A stretch of DNA of 25,035 nucleotides from a virus. Lineage: Duplodnaviria > Caudoviricetes. Position 1 is the stretch's first letter. Each line of letters begins with the position of its first letter. Shown here piece after piece: positions 18,173 to 24,677 of this stretch. The notes beneath the pieces are model-generated. The model ran no database searches. It had not been told where the DNA came from and saw only the letters and a list, made by a program, of their open reading frames with translations. The translations under genes were made by a program, and so were the position numbers. The stretch covers positions 1 to 25,035 of the IMG/VR virus record IMGVR_UViG_3300020045_003119; one strand, given 5' to 3'.

Positions 18173-18370
18173 TTACAAGTTGTTAAACCACATAGTTAAC
18201 GGCCAGAATAGCCAAATTAAAATAGAGGTTACGTTCATTTTTCTTGGGTAGGTTCTACGCTCTTGGTATATTGTTGCGTAAAAAATACAAGTTGACAAAT
18301 ACAGCGATGCAATTATAATCCATTGTGCTATTATTAAATTTTCCATATTTTCCCTTATTTTAATTCCCAA
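18173..18370 (-). CDS. Small two-TM membrane protein
   Basis: Two hydrophobic segments; lies next to the spanin-like gene. Confidence 0.5.
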   Translation of the reverse strand: MGIKIRENMENLIIAQWIIIASLYLSTCIFYATIYQERRTYPRKMNVTSILIWLFWPLTMWFNNL

Positions 18371-18863
18371 ACAATTTTCTACCTACTCCAAACCGATAAC
18401 ATAAATAAAGAATAATAATCAGCCACAGCCACCAAAAAGACAAAATAAACGTACTCCAATTGAATTGCTCTTTAACCAAGTCTTTAGTGGTTTTTGATTT
18501 ACTTACCGATACATTCGTATTAAGGTTTTTAACGGCTGTTTTGACTATCTCTTTGCTTTCAACAACATTACTATTGTTTTTTACTTTTTTACTTCTTATA
18601 CGAGCATTTTTTACTTTAGTAACTTTGCCATTAGCGTCTGTTAGTTCAATCGATTTTGAAGTGTCAATCGGCTCGATAAAGTACTCATCAGTTGAAATAT
18701 CTATATTAGTAGTTTTTGTTTCTTTTGAAACGCTATCTATTTTAGTATTTTCCACTACTGAAGCAATACTATCAGTTTTAACTTCTGTTTTAGATAGTTT
18801 CTTTGCGCCACATGATGATAGTGCGATTGCAATTACTGCGATGTAGAATAGGTGTGTTTTCAT
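18360..18863 (-). CDS. Putative unimolecular spanin (u-spanin-like lipoprotein)
   Basis: N-terminal lipobox LSSC, K/T/S/V-rich beta-prone middle region and C-terminal TM helix (FILSFWWLWLIIILYLCY): the u-spanin architecture. Confidence 0.65.
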   Translation of the reverse strand: MKTHLFYIAVIAIALSSCGAKKLSKTEVKTDSIASVVENTKIDSVSKETKTTNIDISTDEYFIEPIDTSKSIELTDANGKVTKVKNARIRSKKVKNNSNVVESKEIVKTAVKNLNTNVSVSKSKTTKDLVKEQFNWSTFILSFWWLWLIIILYLCYRFGVGRKLFGN

Positions 18864-19129
18864 TATACTTGATGGTATTTAGGTTCTAAAGAAACGATAA
18901 AATCTGTAGCCTCTTTGATTGTTTTAAATTTAACAGATTCTGAAAGCCTAGAAGTAAATCCTAAAGCGTTAAGATATTGAAATTCTTTAGTAGTTTTAGG
19001 CTTATGAATATTTAAGCAGAAAAGCAATTGCATAAACAATCCATGTATATCTTCGGTTTTTTCAATTTCTACTTGAACCCAAAACATTCCGAGCCATTCT
19101 TTAATTCTGTAATTTTTTTGTTCTTTCAT
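18863..19129 (-). CDS. Hypothetical protein, 88 aa
   Basis: TAATG-coupled to the spanin-like gene. Confidence 0.55.
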   Translation of the reverse strand: MKEQKNYRIKEWLGMFWVQVEIEKTEDIHGLFMQLLFCLNIHKPKTTKEFQYLNALGFTSRLSESVKFKTIKEATDFIVSLEPKYHQV

Positions 19130-19146
19130 AATCTCAATTTTATATT

Positions 19147-19177
19147 AATAAAGCCCCGAGTGTTGGGGTTCGGGGCT
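19147..19177 (-). terminator. GC-rich hairpin, possible weak terminator downstream of the tRNA array
   Basis: AGCCCCGA-ACCCCAACAC-TCGGGGCT followed by TTATT. Confidence 0.5.
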
Positions 19178-19341
19178 GAATGGTGATTATTTGATTTTCT
19201 GACGAATATCGCTAAGGTTAATTGCTAAAGAAGTGATTATTTTATTTGGCAAAAATACAAAAGCATCAATGAACTAGCGCAAACCTACAAAACATTTTTC
19301 AAATAATCGCTATTTGAGGTGTAATTTAGAATGGTTATAGT

Positions 19342-19416
19342 TGGTAGCTTGTAAGAGATTCGAACTCCTATCTTCTGGTTCGTAGCCAAAAATTCTATCC
19401 ATTGAAATAACAAGCC
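19342..19416 (-). tRNA. tRNA-Arg(ACG)
   Basis: GGCTTGT/ACAAGCT acceptor, A20, anticodon arm TTTGG-CTACGAA-CCAGA, TTCGAAT T-loop, encoded CCA. Confidence 0.92.
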
Positions 19417-19424
19417 GTTAATTG

Positions 19425-19497
19425 TACGCCTAGCAAGATTCGAACTTGCAAAATGTGGGTTCTAAAGCCACCGTGTATACCGTTCCACCATAAGCGC
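19425..19497 (-). tRNA. tRNA-Leu(TAG) with atypical short variable region
   Basis: GCGCTTA/TAGGCGT acceptor, A73, Leu-type D arm GTGGAACGGTATACAC, loop TTTAGAA, 5-nt variable region, C31.C39 mismatch. Confidence 0.8.
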
Positions 19498-19503
19498 ATT
19501 TCG

Positions 19504-19577
19504 GGTATTATATGGGATTCGAACCCATATAATCGGATTCACAGTCCGACCGCCTTACCATTAAGCGCAATAACACC
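19504..19577 (-). tRNA. tRNA-His(GTG)
   Basis: G-1:C73 pair, GTGTTAT/ATAATAC acceptor, TCGGA-CTGTGAA-TCCGA anticodon arm, ATGGG-TTCGAAT-CCCAT T arm. Confidence 0.92.
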
Positions 19578-19586
19578 ATATATTTG

Positions 19587-19657
19587 TCGATTTATCTGGA
19601 TTCGAACCAAAACAACGAAAGTCAAAGTTTCGTGTGCTACCATTACACCATAAATCG
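19587..19657 (-). tRNA. tRNA-Gln(TTG)
   Basis: CGATTTA/TAAATCG acceptor, GTGT/GCAC D stem, CGAAA-CTTTGAC-TTTCG anticodon arm, TTCGAAT T-loop. Confidence 0.9.
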
Positions 19658-19660
19658 CAC

Positions 19661-19746
19661 GTACATTGTGCATCCGTTACACCATATCCCGCAAATCTTA
19701 ATATTGTTTAGGCGGGGCAACAAGATTCGAACTTGTTCCTATGTAC
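19661..19746 (-). ncRNA. Circularly permuted tRNA-like element without an anticodon loop
   Basis: The 3' half (GTACAT-AGGA-ACAAG-TTCGAAT-CTTGT-TGCCCCG-C, 19746-19712) precedes a 19-nt linker and the 5' half (G-CGGGATA-TG-GTGT-AACGGAT-GCAC-A-ATGTAC, 19692-19661). The halves are complementary in both the acceptor and anticodon stems. Confidence 0.65.
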
Positions 19747-19749
19747 TCG

Positions 19750-19824
19750 TCGGGGTAACTGGATTCGAACCAGCGAACCGTAGATTCCAAGTCTACGTTG
19801 TATATCCATCTGCATAACACCCCG
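19750..19824 (-). tRNA. tRNA-Pro(TGG)
   Basis: CGGGGTG/TACCCCG acceptor, A73, GTAGA-CTTGGAA-TCTAC anticodon arm, GCTGG-TTCGAAT-CCAGT T arm; weak D stem. Confidence 0.88.
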
Positions 19825-19857
19825 AAATAAAAAAGCCTCCCGATTATGGAAGGCTTT
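19825..19857 (-). terminator. Intrinsic terminator immediately upstream of the tRNA array (candidate attenuator)
   Basis: AAAGCCTTCC-ATAATC-GGGAGGCTTT (10 bp, one G.U) followed by TTTATTT, abutting tRNA-Pro nucleotide 1. Confidence 0.8.
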
Positions 19858-19883
19858 AAGCTAAATATATTTTGTTCACTATA

Positions 19884-19949
19884 CTATACGCTTGTTCCTC
19901 CCATAAAATAGGTATGCGGTAAGCGTTGAAGTAAGTTTAAATTTGTTTT
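19884..19949 (-). pseudogene. 3' part of an IS-interrupted 22-aa leader peptide (MKTNLNLLQRLPHTYFMGGTSV); its ATG is at 23642-23644
   Basis: Removing the IS and one TSD copy restores ATG AAA ACA AAT TTA AAC TTA CTT CAA CGC TTA CCG CAT ACC TAT TTT ATG GGA GGA ACA AGC GTA TAG. Confidence 0.7.
19897..19906 (-). promoter_or_regulatory. Candidate antiterminator strand
   Basis: TTATGGGAGG can pair (10 bp, one G.U) with CCTTCCATAA at 19853-19844, which is the terminator 5' arm plus loop. Confidence 0.65.
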
Positions 19950-19990
19950 GGTAACTATATACAACTTTGCAGAAAATAATTGACAAATAA

Positions 19991-20021
19991 TTTGTTTTAC
20001 TGCAATTAAGTTCTATCTTTG
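19991..20021 (+). promoter_or_regulatory. Bacteroidetes-type promoter for the transposase
   Basis: TTTG (19991-19994), 19-nt spacer, TATCTTTG (20014-20021). Confidence 0.7.
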
Positions 20022-20043
20022 TATCAGCAAAACGATAGAAATT

Positions 20044-20949
20044 ATGTTTAACAAAGAAGTAAAATCAGTTTTAGACCTTATCCAAGCCTTTCCAACGGAG
20101 CAATCTTGCATCGAGCATTTGGAATTAATCAGATGGAACGGTAAAGTAGTAAGCCCTTTTGATGCTACTTCTAAAGTTTACAAAACTAAAGTAGGCTACC
20201 AATGTAAAAATACTGGTAAAAACTTCAATGTAAAAACTAACACAATCTTTGACAATACTAAATTGCCATTAGTAAAATGGTTTTTAGCTATTTGGATTGC
20301 TACTTCACATAAAAAAGGAATTTCATCTTTGCAATTAGGGCGTGATTTAGATATTACTCAAAAATCTGCGTGGTTTATGCTACAAAGAATCCGTCAATGT
20401 TTCGGAATCGAAAACGATAACCAATTAGATAACGAGGTTGAAGTTGACGAAACATTTGTAGGTGGTAAAGACGAAAATCGTCATGCTGACAAAAAAATGA
20501 AAGGTAGTCAGGGCGGTGCAAACAAAGAAATTGTTTTAGGAATGGTTGAGCGTGAAGGGAACTTAGTTGCAAAACACATTTCTGACCGCAAAGCATCTAC
20601 ACTATCGCCTGAAATCTACGAAGCGGTATCTTTGACTGCAAAACTTTATACAGACGAACACGTAGGCTACAAATCGCTTAAAAGAGTTTATGACCATTCA
20701 GTTGTAAAACATAAAGCACGCCAATACGTTAATGGTCGTGTACACACAAATACAATCGAGGGTTTTTGGTCGTTGTTGAAACGCGGTGTTTTTGGAATTT
20801 ATCACTTCACATCTAAAAAACATTTACAGTTATACGTTGACGAGTTTGTATTTAGATACAATAGTCGTAATATTACTTCTGAAATGAGATTTGATTTGAT
20901 GCTAGGAAATATGGAAAATAGATTAACTTATAAAATGCTAATAGGATAA
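20044..20949 (+). CDS. IS1595-family (ISXO2-like) DDE transposase
   Basis: Degenerate Zn-ribbon N-terminus, KKGISSLQL HTH, VEVDETFVGG, YTDE..GY, HTNTIEGFWSLLKR and YVDEFVFRYN motifs. Confidence 0.95.
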   Translation: MFNKEVKSVLDLIQAFPTEQSCIEHLELIRWNGKVVSPFDATSKVYKTKVGYQCKNTGKNFNVKTNTIFDNTKLPLVKWFLAIWIATSHKKGISSLQLGRDLDITQKSAWFMLQRIRQCFGIENDNQLDNEVEVDETFVGGKDENRHADKKMKGSQGGANKEIVLGMVEREGNLVAKHISDRKASTLSPEIYEAVSLTAKLYTDEHVGYKSLKRVYDHSVVKHKARQYVNGRVHTNTIEGFWSLLKRGVFGIYHFTSKKHLQLYVDEFVFRYNSRNITSEMRFDLMLGNMENRLTYKMLIG

Positions 20950-21935
20950 TGGCTAAACACAATATTATAAAAATTGACAATCATAACATATCAATGTTTT
21001 CGGAGGGAGATAAAGATTTGATATGCCTAACAGATATTGTAAAAACTCAAGACGGGGATTTCTTTATAAGTGATTGGCTAAGAAACGCTAACACTTTAGA
21101 TTATATTGGAGCTTGGGAGCAGATTTATAACCCTGATTTTAATTATGGCGAATTCGCCATAATTAGAAGTGGCGCGGGTTCAAACACTTTTAAGATAAGT
21201 GTTAAAGAATTGATAGACAGAACTAATATCATAAGTATTAGAGCTACTGCTGGAAGATATGGAGGTACTTATGCGCATAAAGACATTGCATTTAACTTTT
21301 GCATGTGGATTAGTCCTATATTTCAATTATACATTGTAAAAGAATATCAACGCCTAAAAGAAATTGAATCTAATAGTTATAACTTAGAATGGGATGTTAG
21401 ACGAATTATGACAAAAGTTAATTATGCTTTACATACAGATGCTGTTCAAAAGTTTGTAATCCCCAAAAGCGTAAAGCCTTTAGATAAACAACATTTTGAG
21501 TTTGCCGAGGAAGCTGATATACTAAACATGGCTTTATATGGATATACCGCTAAACAATGGCGCGATGCAAACCAAGACCATGCATCTAATAATAAAAATA
21601 TGCGCGACTTTTCTAGCATAACAGACTTGCTTATAATGTCAAATTTAGAAACTTTAAGCGCGCAGTTAATTCAAACAAACTTGACTAAACAGCAACGATA
21701 TGCATATCTTAAAAAGATGGCTGACGAGCAAAAAGTACAATTTGAAAAAATCGATATTGTAAAGTCAATTAAAAAAGCTAAGCCAGACACTTATTTGAGT
21801 ATTGAAAACCTTTCGCACGATGAGATTGAAGCAGAATCAAAAAAAGATATTTTAGAGGCTAACAGGAAAGCATTATCCGACTTTAATCAAAAACTACACA
21901 AAGGGTTGAATTTTGATCCTAACGCTAAGGATTAA
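20949..21935 (+). CDS. KilA-N domain protein (IS passenger)
   Basis: ICLTDIVK...ISDWLRNANTLDYIGAWE...AGRYGGTYAHKDIAFNFCMWISP motifs; TAATG-coupled to the transposase. Confidence 0.9.
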   Translation: MAKHNIIKIDNHNISMFSEGDKDLICLTDIVKTQDGDFFISDWLRNANTLDYIGAWEQIYNPDFNYGEFAIIRSGAGSNTFKISVKELIDRTNIISIRATAGRYGGTYAHKDIAFNFCMWISPIFQLYIVKEYQRLKEIESNSYNLEWDVRRIMTKVNYALHTDAVQKFVIPKSVKPLDKQHFEFAEEADILNMALYGYTAKQWRDANQDHASNNKNMRDFSSITDLLIMSNLETLSAQLIQTNLTKQQRYAYLKKMADEQKVQFEKIDIVKSIKKAKPDTYLSIENLSHDEIEAESKKDILEANRKALSDFNQKLHKGLNFDPNAKD

Positions 21936-21938
21936 AAA

Positions 21939-21966
21939 TAAAAAAACCACTCATTTAAAGCGGTTT
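21939..21966 (-). terminator. Hairpin terminator between convergent IS passenger genes
   Basis: Minus strand AAACCGCT-TTAAATG-AGTGGTTT followed by a T tract. Confidence 0.55.
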
Positions 21967-22181
21967 AGTTTTTCCTGTTTGAAAAATGCCTTGTTTAAAA
22001 AAGGACATTTAAAGATAAGATTTTCGTTTTAAAATATTATTGATTAACCATCAATAATGTCGTTGGTGCGTGTTTTCATAATTTGCTGTTTTTTGTTTTT
22101 AGAATACCTGTATGTTTAATTTCAGATATGTTGCACTGTTTAGACAAAGTCAAAGATAAGACTTTGATTGAGAAAAACAAG

Positions 22182-23126
22182 TTAATCTTTTGATAAAAGT
22201 AAAATAAATCCCTGTTTCTGAAATATAAGCCCGCTATATTCTGCTTTCAACCTTCTAGAATCTTTGGTAGGTTCCCGCCAGTCAAGCGTCCATTCATTTG
22301 TTACTCCACATTCTATAAATTTTACATTTATCTCTTTGGGATAAGTAAAGTCAATAAAAAAGTTTTCATATATCCATACAGCCCTATGTTGCCTAAAATT
22401 ATTTGTCTTTAAGTGATAACGCTTTTTGTCTACCCTAACAATTTCGTATTGTAGTTTTTCAGACACAGGAAACTCGTAAATAACATTTAAAAATTCAGCG
22501 TCTCTAGTAATGTTAGTGCGGTTATCGGCTAGTTTCTGTTTATTTATTTTAAAATCAATAAGTTCGTATGTTGTGTAGCCATTATCATTAGGCGGTAATG
22601 GGATTTTGTTTTTCAATTTTACCGTAATTGGTTTTACATCGTCTGTAATTAATGTAGATTTAGTTGTTTCTTTCACAATTACATATTCTGGATTATCGGG
22701 GTCAATTTCTATAGTAATGTCTAAATTGTAATTCTTATAATAATAATCGTGTTTAATAGGTAAATAGAATGATTTAACGCCATTATAAAGCTTTTCACTT
22801 ATTAGTTTAAATTTTTGGTTACAAAGTGCCTTGGTAACTTTAACCCATAATGTTTCTAAATCATTCCTGTTTTTTAAATCCTCGTCCCCATATACAATTT
22901 TTCTAAGTTCATCTTGAAACATCGAGGAAAACTGTTCGGATTTTAGAATCACCGCAAAGACGCCACCCGATATCATAGTATATCCTAAAGTCTTAAATAT
23001 ATCATACCATATAGATTCTTTATCACATCCTGTGTAAGCTATAGATAGCGAAACTAAAGCAACAAGAGCTATAAAGTATAAAATGTATGATTTTATAAAA
23101 TGTATTAGAGGGTTTATGTATTTCAT
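22182..23126 (-). CDS. Uncharacterised protein with two N-terminal TM helices and a beta-rich soluble domain (IS passenger)
   Basis: 314-aa ORF with hydrophobic segments at about aa 14-32 and 43-61, lying inside the IS inverted repeats. Confidence 0.75.
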   Translation of the reverse strand: MKYINPLIHFIKSYILYFIALVALVSLSIAYTGCDKESIWYDIFKTLGYTMISGGVFAVILKSEQFSSMFQDELRKIVYGDEDLKNRNDLETLWVKVTKALCNQKFKLISEKLYNGVKSFYLPIKHDYYYKNYNLDITIEIDPDNPEYVIVKETTKSTLITDDVKPITVKLKNKIPLPPNDNGYTTYELIDFKINKQKLADNRTNITRDAEFLNVIYEFPVSEKLQYEIVRVDKKRYHLKTNNFRQHRAVWIYENFFIDFTYPKEINVKFIECGVTNEWTLDWREPTKDSRRLKAEYSGLIFQKQGFILLLSKD

Positions 23127-23400
23127 TTTTTAAATATTAAATTATTTCAAAAGAATATATAGCCACACCTATTGGCGTAGATTTTAAGAAATTTAGTAAG
23201 GAATTTTTGCTTGCTTTACGTCAAATATAATAATTCTTGCGAATGTTCAAAATAAATCAATAAATTATTGCCTTTATCGTGATAAAAAGTAGTAATTACC
23301 ACTAACGAATATTTTAAAATTAAGTATTTCTACTTAAAAATCATTTTATGTATTATAAAGGTAGATTAAAAAATTGTTTATTTATATTTGTAAAAAATAA

Positions 23401-23565
23401 GCAACCGTTCCGTCAGGCGCACAGATGCCGAATTTTAAACGGTCGCCCCTATTCCGAATGCTGTTAGCGGATGTTACGCAGAACGTCGTTAAACTATCTT
23501 TAAACAGTAATTCAAAACAAATTCGTTACCGATTGCAGAGGTAGCAAAAGCCGTTTAGCGTTTCT
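23401..23565 (+). ncRNA. Candidate structured RNA near the IS right end
   Basis: GC-richer island after a TATATTTG -7 box (23383-23390). Nested complementary segments: 23401-23409/23438-23446, 23487-23494/23553-23560 and 23494-23501/23537-23544. Confidence 0.35.
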
Positions 23566-23648
23566 AAAAAAATGATGAAATAAGCATTAGTTTAAAAACC
23601 GTTTTCGCTACTGCAAAGTAATATATAGTTACCTTTGTTTTCATACGG

Positions 23649-23680
23649 CAATATTACAACCTTATTTTCAATCTACCAAA
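23649..23680 (-). promoter_or_regulatory. Bacteroidetes-type promoter of the leader/tRNA operon (probably leaderless)
   Basis: TTTG (23677-23680), 20-nt spacer, TAATATTG (23649-23656, one mismatch to TAnnTTTG), then CCGT-ATG. Confidence 0.6.
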
Positions 23681-23772
23681 TAATGTAATGTAAAAATAAG
23701 TATAATTAAAACATCTTATTTAGTACAAAAATGTAAAAATAAGCTAAAAAGAACATTGCAAATAGCTTATTT

Positions 23773-23810
23773 AAAACAAAAACCGCCAACAGTAGGTTAT
23801 CAGCGGTTTT
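23773..23810 (-). terminator. Intrinsic terminator after the lysis genes
   Basis: AAAACCGCTGATA-ACCTAC-TGTTGGCGGTTTT followed by TGTTTT. Confidence 0.7.
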
Positions 23811-23846
23811 AAAATAAAGAGCGAAATTATGAAGAAACTCTCTTTA

Positions 23847-23975
23847 CTATGTTAATATTTCTGGCTCAATAGGCGGTTTGCCTTTCCGTCTGTTTTTTAC
23901 CTCATTAACCTTTACAAATGTATGGTAAACTTTTTTAAAAGTCGGTGGTTTGTATTGGTTAAGTTTGGGTTTCAT
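23847..23975 (-). CDS. Small basic hypothetical protein, 42 aa
   Basis: TAATG-coupled to the endolysin stop; MKPKLNQYKPPTFKKVYHTFVKVNEVKNRRKGKPPIEPEILT. Confidence 0.35.
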   Translation of the reverse strand: MKPKLNQYKPPTFKKVYHTFVKVNEVKNRRKGKPPIEPEILT

Positions 23976-24442
23976 TACTCTTTAATTTCAAAGTGCATGT
24001 AATCGTAATTCTTTTCACGACCCAAAGATATAAAACCATGTTTGTAAAATATATCAATCATAGGTTTATATTCTGGTCGTGCAAATCTAGCTGTTTTGCT
24101 TGTTTCTTTTAGTTGATTGCGTTCGGGGTCTAAATCAATTGCTACGCCCCAGCTATGACGACTATAATCCGAACCACCACGCATTTGTCGATAATTGAAA
24201 CAGCCACCAAATAAATCAATACCTAGTTCCTGAATTTTAGGCAATCCGTAAATTTGTAAAATTTCAAGAAGTGCGTTTGATAACTGTGTAGCAATCAATC
24301 TGTGACAACGCATTTTTGTTACTTTGGTGTTTTTATCCCAAGCTAAACGCATCGGAAACGGCAAAGCGATTGAAACTAAATAGGCTTTACCATCTTGTGT
24401 TGGCTTGCCGTATTTTGCTATGAGTTGTTGTGTTGTTATCAT
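23975..24442 (-). CDS. Endolysin, peptidase M15 family (L-Ala-D-Glu peptidase-like)
   Basis: GCFNYR...SRHSWGVAID...DYMHFE Zn-peptidase motifs. Confidence 0.9.
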   Translation of the reverse strand: MITTQQLIAKYGKPTQDGKAYLVSIALPFPMRLAWDKNTKVTKMRCHRLIATQLSNALLEILQIYGLPKIQELGIDLFGGCFNYRQMRGGSDYSRHSWGVAIDLDPERNQLKETSKTARFARPEYKPMIDIFYKHGFISLGREKNYDYMHFEIKE

Positions 24443-24564
24443 TATTTATGAAATTTGCTTTTTACCGTTACGTTTTTATACAATTCATGCTTATGCCACT
24501 TTGGCAATCCAATCACATTAACGCCGATATTAAACCAAATTGTTAGGATTGTGTTTTTCATATC

Positions 24565-24675
24565 TTATCTTTTATTTCTATCAAAAAACCACCATTGCGC
24601 CACTAAACAAGTAAGTACGAAAGCTGTAAATATAACCGCTGACCACGCTGGCGATGTTTCTATAAAGTTTCTCAT
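24565..24675 (-). CDS. Small single-TM protein, 36 aa (possible lysis accessory)
   Basis: Hand-translated MRNFIETSPAWSAVIFTAFVLTCLVAQWWFFDRNKR, between the holin-like gene and the endolysin. Confidence 0.4.
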   Translation of the reverse strand: MRNFIETSPAWSAVIFTAFVLTCLVAQWWFFDRNKR

Positions 24676-24677
24676 AA

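Larger units (their letters stand above)
19950..23633 (+). mobile_element. Complete IS1595-family element with passenger genes, 3,684 bp
   Basis: IRL GGTAACTATATACAACTTTGCAG (19950-19972) versus the reverse complement of IRR GGTAACTATATATTACTTTGCAG (23611-23633): 21/23 identical. 8-bp TSD TTTGTTTT at 19942-19949 and 23634-23641. Confidence 0.95.

Noticed and set aside
120-18846. Plus-strand ORFs of 60-128 aa in the track (e.g. 120-350, 9122-9469, 10731-11039, 15847-16167, 18460-18846)
   Set aside because: They are antisense shadows of clear minus-strand genes, mostly with non-ATG starts.
19455-19472. Reading the Leu tRNA as an ochre suppressor (CT-TTA-GA loop)
   Set aside because: That register breaks the anticodon stem. 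GTGG/CCAC pairing centres the loop on TAG, and TAA stops are used normally throughout the window.
19661-19746. Two-piece (permuted) tmRNA
   Set aside because: The element has a true D stem, lacks the G3.U70 Ala identity, and has no room for a tag ORF or pseudoknots.
19453-19817. Plus-strand ORFs 19453-19653 and 19584-19817
   Set aside because: They are antisense to well-formed tRNA genes and have no protein-like features.
19342-19824. Host tRNA locus or prophage att site
   Set aside because: Phage genes lie on both sides, the tRNAs are divergent with AT-rich stems, and no integrase or duplicated tRNA 3' end is seen.
20375-20596. Antisense ORF in the transposase
   Set aside because: Shadow ORF with no recognisable motif.
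21955-22158. Tiny minus-strand ORFs (11 and 17 aa) behind a TATCTTTG box inside the IS
   Set aside because: Too short and featureless to support. They could be an sRNA or peptide, but there is no evidence.
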